64,000 nucleotides of DNA from Camelus dromedarius (taxonomy: Eukaryota), in the NCBI RefSeq assembly GCF_036321535.1, contig NC_087447.1, positions 34,722,001 to 34,786,000 of the forward strand. Reading direction: 5' to 3'. Position numbers and translations under genes: made by a program. Under the pieces are notes generated by a model. That model had not been told where the DNA came from. It worked only from the letters and a program-made list of their open reading frames with translations, and did not search any database. Below are positions 40,780 through 51,810 of this stretch, piece by piece (the first letter of the stretch is position 1; every line of letters begins with the position of its first letter).

Positions 40780-40792
40780 CCTGCAGGGGGCG
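40780..40792 (+). promoter_or_regulatory. CTCF-like core motif CCTGCAGGGGGCG
   Basis: One mismatch to CCASYAGRKGGCR. Confidence 0.45.
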
Positions 40793-40959
40793 GCGGGAGG
40801 TGGGGGAAGACGGTGGAAAGATGCAGACTCAGTTGGTCAGGAGGAACAGTTTCCTGGCCAAACCATCTGGTTACTGGGAATCTTTTTCCCCAGAGTAATT
40901 AAAACCAGAAAAAAAATGAATATTGCTTTGTCTGGATTTGCTTGAGTTATCATAATATG

Positions 40960-41180
40960 TAATAATTGTTACCGAGTACTTACTGTAATATGCTAAACAT
41001 GATGCTAAGCACTTTATATCCATTATCTTATTCAATCCTCATAACAGCACTTCAGAGTGGGTACTTTGATCCCCATTTTAGGGAGGAGAGGAAAGTAAGG
41101 CTCAGAGAGGTTAAGTAATTTGCATAAGGTTACACAGCTGTAATGCTGAGGTGGGCTTTGACCCAAGGTCTATTTCACTC
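40960..41180 (-). mobile_element. MIR SINE
   Basis: gctaagcacttt...aatcctcataac...aggctcagagaggttaagtaatttgc. Confidence 0.85.
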
Positions 41181-44100
41181 TGAATTTTTATCGGCATCCT
41201 GTCCCCTCTCAAGAAGATGCCTCTCCATTCTCCAGACCCTGAGTTTCACTAAGAATTAGCCATGGGTATTATTATCACAGATAATAATACAGATAGGGCA
41301 TTATTATCACAATGACACCAAGGTAACCAGCCTCTAAAATTTTTGGTTAACAATTACTTTTCCCTTTTTTAATTAAAAAAAAAAGTCATTTCACATTATT
41401 CAAACTAACCTTAAAACAATTCTAAACTTTTTATTCCAAGGACTGAATTTGTAACCAAGTTTAGCTCTTTTTAAATGCACATGTAGAACTGTTTTATGGA
41501 CAGATTCAAAGGCAATTACTCCAACCAATTTCCATACTGAAAAATACTGTGAACTTTTATTGAGCATTTGCAATTAAAACTGAGAGGACAGCTATCTACT
41601 TCTTTCAAAATATCCTAAGTATTTTGTCAACAAAATTAATGACGTACGTCCTAGCCAATCTCTGTCCTAAAAGATGAAGCAGTGCAGTGAGCCGTTAAAC
41701 TCTACCATATGTCTGGGTATCATGGGGTATATGAGATCAAGTCAGATCCCGAAAGCCGTGACTTTATGGGGAATTCACATGAGCTAATGAATTAGAAGAA
41801 AGGTACAAGAGGAAGAAGTGGGTTGTGAGAATGCTTGGTGAGTGCCTGTAACCCAAGGCAGGAGATGCACCCAGCCCAGCTTGGCTGATTAAGAGCCTGT
41901 TCTGATTTCCTGGCTCTCTTCTCCAAGACTTAGCAACTGAGAGCTGGCTGAGGTTTAACAAACCTATGTAATCTGACTTCAATGATCATTCCTGGAGAAA
42001 CCGGGTCACCTCCAGGGACTCTGAAGCAGTAGTCTGAAAGACTCAGAAAAGCAGACAACCTGTCCAAATGAAGTCCATGTCCCTGAAAAAGAAAAAGAGA
42101 GAGAGAGAGAGAAAGAAGGATGTGAATAATGAAAGTTTGGTTTTGTCGCTGTGATCCAAGGTAGCCACTGGGTCCTAGAGCCCAGCACGGTCCCCAGGCT
42201 CAGAGCAAGTGACCCATACACGTGAGGTGAAAGAAGGAAAGGACAGAACTTGGGTTCCTAGGAAGAAAAATAACTATAGAAAACTAAAAAAAAAAAAAGT
42301 AATACAGAGGTAGGACATGGAAAAAAGACGTTTGCTAAATTGAGGAGTGGCAGAGAAGTCTCATGTTTACAGGAAAAAAATAAGATGATGGTAGTAATAA
42401 TAATAGCAGTTAACACTTTGTGCCAGACACTGTTCTACTGCTTGACTGTAAATTCCAGTAGGGCAAGGACTCGGCCTCTTTCACTCACCTGTTACACCAA
42501 GCACTTAATTCATTCAACCAACACTTATCAAGCCCCTGCTCTGGGCCGGACACCCAGCTGGGCACTGGGGGGAGAGAACTATAAGGAATTTCCTCTCTGT
42601 GACGTCCAGGAGCTCACAGCAGTGTGTGTAACAGAGATGCACACACAGGGTTATGATCAGGACAGGGTGTGAGGAACCTGCCCAAAGGGGCTGGCACAGT
42701 TCCCCTTCCCTACTGGACTTCAAGCAAAGGGTAGCCATCCCTGATCAGGAAGGTTATGGGATTCCTGTCTTGACTGGGACTTTTCCATGTACTAAATTCC
42801 TGTGCCCAACTCCCAGTAATCTGTATATATTTTCAATATTCTGGAACCTGAAAAATGGGTTCTCCAGTCCAGGATAAGCATTAAGCCTAGAAGGTCAGCT
42901 CTGTGACTATTTTAGGATCAGATGATGCAGTAAGACAATGAGGACAGAACTCAGACTCCAATTCTATTTTTAAAAAAAAGTGCCTCAGTATTTTGTTTTG
43001 TTATCCCCAAAGCATTTAAAAAATTCAGATGCAGTAATTGCTCAATAAATGGCAGCAACTATTGCCGAGGCAGCTGAGCCCAGGGTTGCAAACACCCATG
43101 CAGAGCTGATCATTGAGGGGAGTTCCCCACAGCAAGACCCTGGAGAGTTGGAGCAAACCTCACACACAGCCCGGCGAGCTCTAAGTCTAGGTCCACAGTC
43201 AGCATAAGCCAACTCCAGGCTCTCCCATCCTCCTGCATCCGTCACCGAATCCACCCTCTTTAAACCCTGTCCAAACTGGACCCAGCACAAGTCATTTTCG
43301 GAGAAAGTTACCGACTAGTTAAAAAGCCCAAAGAGGGCTGAGATCTGGTGGTGAGCAGCTGCAGTCTAAGCCAGCACATGGGGATTTGTGCAATTTAAAG
43401 CTCTAGCCAGCTGTTTTACACTGGCCGTGCAGAAAAAGCACAAACCCACACTATCCCCACTGGATCAGGAAGGGGAGCTGGTGATAGAAGCACTTGGGCC
43501 AGGCAGGGAGGGGCGGCAGTACGAGAGCAAGATGGAAAGGTCTAGGAGCCCACTGCGTAGAGCAGCTTTTTCCTTAGTCTGCTCTGATCAGCAGGGGAAG
43601 AGCCTGCTATTTTCAACCCAGTGTGTGAGGCGCTAATGCTGATGACATGATTCCAAAATCCTGAATGGTACCTTTGAATCTAGACACCTCAGCTGATGCC
43701 TATCTTTCTCCCTTACCTCTGATATCTTTTCTCATTGTTTAATGTTGAACATGTTGCACAACATCTTACCCTCCAAGCTGTGCTCGCATTAAGGGTGGCA
43801 GCACAGAGTCAAAAAACTGCTCTACTTCAGTGAGACACAGATTACACAACATGGTAAACAAAAGACTAGAAGCAAATGCACGAATATTCCCTTGGATTAC
43901 TGAAAAACACGTTTGATGGCAAAACAAGAAAAAAAGATTTCAAACCTGCCCTCTCATTCTTCCTCCTTGGTTGTGCAGTAAACATAAAAGTTTTCAATAA
44001 TCTTGTATCCTTCCTTTCACTCATGCTGAATTTCAAATCGACACACTATACAGTGTTGAATAGAACTGTTTCAGCTAGCTTTCTTTTTCATTACTTTGAC

Positions 44101-46300
44101 ATGAAAGAGTAGTTAAGACTTCAAAACTATATCATATTCCTCTTAATAAGGCCAATTTTTGTCCTAGTCAGTGAGCTGGATTATAATTTGCATGCTTCAA
44201 TAAGATATGAGAATTGTCATAAAAATAAGAATTACAGATCCCACTTTTTTATATTTTGTTTTATTCGGAGAGGAGTTAGGTGGTTAAGGGCTGCTCTAAG
44301 GTGTCACCAACATTGCTTTTACAGAACTTTCAGAGACAGTAAATAGGATATATGAACTGGGAGCAGGTAGACCTGGATTATAATCCTGACCCTATAGCTA
44401 ACTTGGCCATCACTTAAACCTTTTTGTGCCTCAGTTTTCTTCTCTATAAAATGGGGCACAACTATCCAGTGAAGCGGGTAAGGACTGACCAAGCACAGTG
44501 GAAAACATGGCATTCAGCACAAAGTGCTTAGGAGTAAAGAGACTTAGTTCCAAATCCCAGCCCAGCCACTTACCCTGAGACCTTGAGTTTGTTACTTTAA
44601 AATACTCTGCTTTTTGGATGGTAACCCAAGGTTAACACCTGTGCTGAGTTAAATGAGATGCCACCTGTGCAGCCTCACCAAAGGGGGCTGCTCCTTGTAT
44701 TATTTGCCTGACAGGTACTTGGCACTCAGACACCTGAGGTATGAATGCCCCTATAGATCACAGATGTGAACGCATTAGTCACTGCCTCAGAACACAGTGG
44801 CATCAGACCGTCCTCGTCTGAAAAAAAAAAGTCCCTTTAAAGAGGATTCCCAGGTTGTAAAAACTTAAGGTAGGTTGGGCAGAGCCCGACAGGCACTCTT
44901 CTGTAAGTGCGGGGTTGGGGGTGGGGTGGCAAACAATCTGTGAAACAGATCGTGGCTAAAGCAGCACAACTGCCCACCTTTCGTTGATGCATTTACAAAC
45001 ACACCTTGCTCAAAAACAGGTGTACTGGTGCTCAGAAAGAGCCAGCTGCTCGGTGCTGTCGGGTGGGGGACCTCACTTTGTCTTAAATCTGAGAGCTATA
45101 CGTGGCCGCAGGCTTCTGCACAGCACCGCGCGTAAGGCGGGCTTTCAGGTGGAAGCCCGTTCTTGATAAGGATAGGATCCGCGCCCTGGCTAGTAGAGAG
45201 GGAAGGACTGGGACGCCACGGCGTTAACCGTTCGGGACGGTCACCCTGCGCGCCCTGAGGTCGCGTTCCACGGGAGAGAAAGCCACCGCTCGCCACCGGG
45301 ACCCCTGGCCCTCCAGCTGGTCCCTAGAGCACAACGATCTTAGATTCAGTATCACAGTATCCCCGCCCTTACATCGCGTCCGGGAATATAATATCCAACG
45401 CTACAAGTCAGCACGGGGTGATTCACTGACACATATATAAAAAACGGGACTAGGGGATCACGGCCCTGGGCTTTGTTGGAGTTTAAGAGACGCGAGATTA
45501 CAAAAGAGGAGGAAGAGCTCAAACCAAACAGTCGATAGATGGGCGTCCTGATCTAGGCGCGGTTGGGCAATACATGCGGTCCTGCAACTCCAGCACAGGT
45601 CCTCAGAAAGGGGAAACGATTTAAGGCAAAGAACAGCGGAGGAACCCGACGCCGGCGCAAACAATCCAGGCACAGACAGCGCGGCGCTGCCGCCGGGGCC
45701 TCGGTTTCCCCCATCCGCAAAACAGGACGTTGGACTAGAGCGTTTCTCAATCCTACTATTAATCTAGAACTCTACAATAGTCCATGCTGAAGCAGCCCGA
45801 GGCTCGGAAACCGGAAAAAGGGGAAAGCGAGGGAAGACGACAAGGAGGGGAAAGGGAGGAGCTGGTGGGAGACCTGGAGAGGGAAGACAGGGGACGCCCG
45901 GAACAGGCTTGGCGGGTTTTCAACCGTAGTCCTCCTCCTCCCACACCTGAGTTCTCACGTCTGGGCCAAGACCCCGCGCCCACCGAATTTGGGCACCAGC
46001 TGGCCAAGCTTCTCCCTCCACACCCCAATTTCTAAAAGCCACGGGCAGATGGTGGGCGGCACAATAATGCATGTCATGGATGGAAAGGGGAATGATCCTG
46101 GCTGGGGTTGCCTGGGCAGGTGAGCGGATTTGGAGCTGGGCAAGGGGTGGGACAGCACTACAGGGGTCGTAGAGCGCCCGTGTCCCATTCCGCGTGCCCC
46201 ACGCGGACTAAACAGCATTCCCCAACTTTGAGCAAGGGGAGGCGGGGGTGTATGCCAAAAAAAAAAAGTTGCAGAACTTTTCCCCCAACTCTGTCGTGGA

Positions 46301-46465
46301 GGCGGGACCGGAGGGCGGTGCCTGCACCCTGATTCGCCGCCGGCTCCGGTCTGGAGGCTCGGATTGGCACGCGAGGTCCGGGGCCGGGAAGAGCGGGCGT
46401 GGGGGAGGGGAGCGGCCCTCCCCGACCGCGGGATCGGCTCGCGCCGGGAGCGGGTTAATTTCAAA
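46301..46465. promoter_or_regulatory. Core cell-cycle promoter motifs: GGCGGGA 46301-46307, inverted CCAAT (ATTGG 46363-46367), GC boxes, reverse CHR (TTCAAA 46460-46465 = TTTGAA)
   Basis: Motifs read directly. The NF-Y + Sp1 + CHR/E2F combination is typical of DREAM/E2F-regulated genes. Confidence 0.65.
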
Positions 46466-46469
46466 TCGG

Positions 46470-46680
46470 GGGCTTGACTGCTCCTGGACGGTCACATTCC
46501 CTCTGCCCGCCCGCCGGCCCGCCAGTCCCGGTCCCGGCTTTTCCCTCCGGCACCCACCTCGGCGCGGCGTAAGGACCGACTGACGGCCTGACACGCGGGC
46601 TCCCGAGCCTGAGCGGGGAAGGGGTGCCGAGGAGTCCCCGCTCAGCACCCGTCGGCTCCAACCGTGAGGTGAACTGACAG
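46470..46680 (+). other. E2F8: Probable non-coding exon 1 of E2F8 (5' end uncertain)
   Basis: Follows the ATTGG/GC-box/CHR core, contains no ATG, and ends at donor-like GACAG|gtcagc (46680/46681). Confidence 0.6.
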
Positions 46681-46762
46681 GTCAGCTGGGCTCAGAGGGA
46701 CGCAGCGCCCGGCAAACCCCGCACCGGGAGAGGGATCAGGCGGGCAGCGACAGCGGCGGCCG

Positions 46763-47024
46763 TTTCCCGCCTCTCGCTCCGCCGGGGGCCTAGGAGGGAG
46801 GAGCTGAGCTCCCGCGCAGAGGGGAGGGGGCGAACGAGGGGGAGGGGCGGGGATGCCGTGGTTCCGGGCGCGGGTTTGCCCGCGCTCAAGCCCCGCGCAG
46901 CCAAGGGGCGGTGCCGGCCACGGTCTGGCTTTCCGCGCCAAATTTTTAAATCGAAGGCGGAAGGTCCGGACCCTCCCCTGACGCCGCCAACCAATCGCAG
47001 GCCCCCGGGCTGCAGTCTGATTGG
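46763..47024. promoter_or_regulatory. E2F sites TTTCCCGCC (46763-46771) and TTTCCGCGCCAAA (46930-46942), TTTAAA (46945-46950), CCAAT (46991-46995), ATTGG (47020-47024)
   Basis: Exact TTTSSCGC matches on either strand and paired NF-Y boxes ~30 bp apart. Confidence 0.7.
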
Positions 47025-47978
47025 TCGAGAATCGTTGCCCTAGAAACCGCGAGGATGCTGTCTGGGAACTGCCAGGCCTGCGGCGCGCGGACTGGCCCCG
47101 GGGGGAGGGGCAGTTGGCCTGGCGCAAGGGGAAGTGCGCGGGGCGCGGGAGCCGGTGGCGGCAGGGGGACTGTACCTGGTTGCCTTATTGAGTAAATGCA
47201 GCCTTCCATGGTGGGGAGGGGGGGGTCCAACATTTTGCCGTGAACTGGCCACCTGAATAGCAAGTACACAGCACTTTAAGGAAGCCGCATCTTTAAGGAA
47301 GTCTTTTTTTTTTTTTAAGTCTTAATCATAAGGCACTCTTAAAAATGCCCAGAGTACGTTTGGAGCTTAAAGACTGAATTTGGAAGTTACCAATTTCCCA
47401 AGACTTTACTGCTGAGCATATGCACGTGTTAACTCAGGCATCTAGATGCAGACATTAATCCAAATACTTGGGGTCGTGTCTGCTCAGCCGGAACCTTGGC
47501 TCATTCGCTGAGCCCCGAGCTCTGATCTGTGAACAGGTGGGTGCTTGTGCTTGCTGCAGTTCCTTCGGTGGGGTCTGGAGAGTGGCATATCTTCTCTAAA
47601 GGTGGGAGAGAGCTGTCACTGGAAACTCTGTGGGTGGTTTGAAATCTCGTGACAGCGGATCGGTTTGCTGAAGAAATTCACTGGCGTTTGATGGAGTCCT
47701 CTGCCCCGTGGGGTTGTCTCTGGTCGGAAATAAAATGTAAATGCAGTTTGTCAGTTTTCTTTAGCCTTTGTTACAGTAGTAGCCTGTGGTGTCCATGAAA
47801 GTATTTTCAACGGATCTCCTGCTTTTGTTTTTCTTTAACTTTTTCTATTTCCTTTTTTCTTCAAGGATATTAAACTTTATAATTGGACTACCTGGACTAC
47901 TTGAACCATCAGAATATTGGGAGGAACTCCAGATTTTTCATTTTTAAAGAAACTCTAAATGTATGAGAAATTTACAGA

Positions 47979-47993
47979 ATGGAGAATGAAAAG
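47979..47993 (+). CDS. E2F8: E2F8 coding exon 1 (MENEK); 3' end of exon 2, which starts at ~47866
   Basis: acagaATGG is a strong Kozak context. ATG GAG AAT GAA AAG|gtacct donor. Upstream acceptor ...ttttcttcaag|GATATT at 47865/47866 follows a long pyrimidine tract. Confidence 0.93.
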
Positions 47994-50900
47994 GTACCTA
48001 AAGCTTCAATATTTATCCTTGCAGTTTTAAATGAAATATCATCCTGATTTAACTCTATAATTTGTCAATATCCAATATTTGATTAATGCCACATCCTTTT
48101 TTGTTTAGCCCCTATAAAAACTCAGAAGGAAGGGAAATTTAATTTTTGAAGACGGGAAGAGTTACAAGGGTCAAAGTAATCTTTAAAGAGATAAGTAGAG
48201 AAAAAAAGTATTTTTAAGAATAATAAAATTTGTTAGTTACTTTATTTCTGAGAATTCTTGAACAATAGGAATATAGAAGAGGCATTTGACATGATTTGAG
48301 CTTGAATTTCTTTTTAAGATAATTTTCTCCTAAGTCAACAGTTTCTTTTAAGTGTGGGGTGATCCTGTCATTGGGCTATCTTGATTGATGTCCAAATCCT
48401 GATAGATTAAAAAAATGAAATACGCAAATTTCCTAAACGTTTTAGATATTAGTCAAATAAGAGAATTGCTTTGCTTCTGATGGTCAGAGGCAAAGGACAG
48501 CAACCTTGAGAAAAATCCATTCTTGGATCAGCACTTCTCAGATGCACCTTCTTAGGAGAGTCCCCCCTTGGGTCCCTCACACCAGCTTCCATGTAAGAGC
48601 ACCATAGTTGGATGGAGGAGATTCAGATTCAAGTCCTGTGCAATCTCTCAGCCTGGATGACTTCTTCTGCATAAACAGGACTACAGGATTAGGTGAAAAT
48701 ACAAATGGAAAATCACTTGATAAGTCCTAAGGAGTCATAGGCATAGAAGACAATCCCATTAATCTTGGTTCCTAAAGTCACTGAAGAATTAGTGAATCTC
48801 TCCATTCTTTCACTTATTGCCATCCCAGGCATTTCCCTTAAAATAGATACAGATGTTAAGAAGGTGTGAAGTCCCCAGTGGCCAAAAGTAGAAGAAATAT
48901 AGTTTCCATTAATCTCACAAATGAACTGCTATTAACTTATTAACTTACCCTCTTACATCTCAGTGGCAGTCCAGTCTCTACCAGGAACTAGCTTTGTGGT
49001 CCCGGGTAACTAATTTTACTTCTTTGGGTTTCCATTTCCTCCATCTGTAAAGTGAAAGGGTTAAATATTGAAAGAGCAGACTTTTCTGGTCAGAAATCCT
49101 GCTCATGGGCACTCTGGATTTTGCTCCCCATTGGATTTTGCCAACAAGTCTGTCCATATGCTAGCCGTCACCCTTTTTACCTTGGCTCTCTGACCTTTCC
49201 ACATCAATGAGGTTTTATTAAGTACTCACTCCATGCAGTCATTGTGCTAGATGGAGACATAGATGAATGGTTCTGCCATGGAGACCTTTACTTATTACAG
49301 TGTCATGAGTAGAAGTCACTCCAAAGAGTTTGGGAATCATTTAAAATTATCCGTCCTATTAGGGGAACCTAACTGAAAGGTATATGGGAACTCTTTGTAG
49401 TGTCTTTGCAACACTTCTCTAAATCTAGAATTATTTGAAAATAAAATTGTTTTAAAATTAGAAGTCTTAAAGTTTTCTTTTTTAAATTCTTGGAACATGA
49501 GATGAAACTTTTAAGTCCACGCTTTGTTGCAAAATTAAAAATGGAAAACAGCTATTAGAATGGGAAAGGTCAAGCAATCACTGGAATAAAGTTACTGATT
49601 TAGTCAACTCAACAATCTCACTCAGCATTTTTCTCCTTAGCAATATTCTATTTATTATACAGTTCTTAGAGTCCAAAGCTATCTGATAAATCTTTTTATA
49701 GTGGATTTAATAACTGACTTGTTTTAAACCAGGAGAACCTCTTTTTCGAGCCACATAAAAGGGGATTGATGAAAACACCCCTGAAAGAATCCACTGCTGC
49801 AAATAGAGTGTTGGCGGAGATCCAGCCTGACTTTGGCCCTTTAACCACACCCACCAAGCCCAAGGAAATCTCCCCAGGAGAACCGTGGACACCAACAGCC
49901 AACCTCAAAATGCTTATCAGTGCTGTGAGCCCCGAGATCCGCAACAGAGATCAGAAAAGGGGTTTGTTTGACAATAGAAACGGATTACCTGAGGCCAAAG
50001 ACTGTTTACACGTATGTTTGCAGAGGACTGGGTGGAGATGGTGGCGGGGTTGGGAGGAGGGGGGACTTGATGAGGGTAGTTGTAGCTGTTGAAGCACCAG
50101 CAATATAAAGCATCGCCCCTCCACCCTGATCCCTGGAGAGGTTTGGACCCCATCAAATACAGCCCTGGGAATTTGGAATCTGTAACTTATTTATGAACTG
50201 CTCCCCTTTCAGATCTGTCAGGCAGTCGATCCTGGTTTCCCAACTTTCTCCCTCCCATTTTGCAGCTAACGAAGCAAACAATAATTGTTAGTCATTAAGC
50301 GCAGATGCCCCTCATAAATCTTTCCCAGTAAGACATTATTTACGTCTTCCTTTGTAGGAACACTTATCTGGAGATGAATATGAGAAATCTCAACCCAGTC
50401 GAAAAGAGAAAAGTTTAGGATTGTTGTGTCATAAGTTCTTAGCTCGCTATCCCAACTATCCCAACCCTGCTGTGAATAATGACATCTGTCTTGACGAAGT
50501 GGCCGAGGAACTTAGTAAGTATGCAAAGAGCCCACCAAAACGCTTAATCATTAAAATAACTTTAGAGACTTACTCCTTCAGACCCACCCTCATGTAGCCA
50601 GTGTTTGCAATGACACAAATAAGGCCACATGGAAACTGGCAATCTGTTAAAACCCTATTAATTTAAGAAGAAAGACATATAGTTTCCAATATCAGTTGTC
50701 TTAAAACAGAAGCAAAGCATCACAATGGAGATTGCTCTGAATGCATTTGGAAAGCTCTGAAGCTTTAAAAGAAGGCAACATTGTTGTATGACTTATTTCA
50801 CAAAGAGCCACAACTCTGAACTTGCCTCTTGTTTCTCAGCAAGGAGCCAGGCTGCAGACTGGTTTCTTCACAGTTTACCCTGAGGATGGGCTTCTGTGCC

Positions 50901-51755
50901 TGGGAGCAGGGCTTTAGTGCTCCCTGACACAAAGCACTATTCTAAGGAGTGTGTTTACTGAGTGTTTTGTGTTTGGCAAAAGTCACTGTTTCCCCCTGTC
51001 CCATTTTATTCCTCTCTCCTGAGACTCAAATCTAGTTACAGCTAGAAAGGAGTCTGGCAAATTTGGGGTACCTTTGGAGTGCTGAAAATACCATAATCTG
51101 AAACTGTGAAGAGATATGCAAGATATTTTAATATCTAGCTATCACCCCATGAAGAAGGTTTTGACCTTCTAATACATGTTTATACATATCAACTTTATTT
51201 CACATTTTAAGAACATGCCATTTAGATTCATCTATTCACATACACTGTATTGAAGCTATGGAGGATGTACCCTTTAATTCAGCAGGTATGTGCTGATCGC
51301 CTACTATATGTCAGGCAATGTTGTAGCAGCTAGGATAACAGCAGTGAACAGAAAGGACAAAACCTCTGCTCCTATGGAACCTACTTTCTAGTGGGGGCAA
51401 TAGATAATATGCAAAGGACATAATAAGTAAGTAACTGTAACATATGTTAGAAGGTTATGTGTGCCGTGGGAAACAGAAGATGTAGACCAAGGTAGAGGGG
51501 GATCAGAAGGGCCAGGGAGATGCTTTGCAATTTTTAATTTAATTTTAAATTTAAAGTGGTCCAGTCAGGCATTGTTGAGAAGGCGACATCTGAGCAAGGA
51601 CTTGAAAAAATCGAGGTAGGGAGCTACAAGGACATCTGGGAGAGGGATTTCAGCCAGAAGCAACAGCCCAGCACAAAGGCCTTCAGGCAAGGGCATAGCT
51701 AGCAAGTTCCAAGAACGGCAAGGAATCTCAGCACCTTGTGCCTATTATATGACAG

Positions 51756-51810
<55 letters not shown>

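Larger units (their letters stand above)
45050..47170. promoter_or_regulatory. E2F8: CpG island / E2F8 promoter region
   Basis: Abrupt rise in GC and CpG density directly upstream of exon 2; contains GC boxes, CCAAT boxes, E2F sites and CHR-like motifs. Confidence 0.92.

Noticed and set aside
1..45000. Numerous 60-160 aa ORFs in the upstream region
   Set aside because: No recognisable domains or consistent splice structure. Many use non-ATG starts and overlap L1/L2/MIR/LTR or simple repeats, as expected by chance.
45458..47269. Stack of long Pro/Gly/Arg-rich ORFs on both strands
   Set aside because: Stop-codon depletion in a GC-rich CpG island; no homology signal
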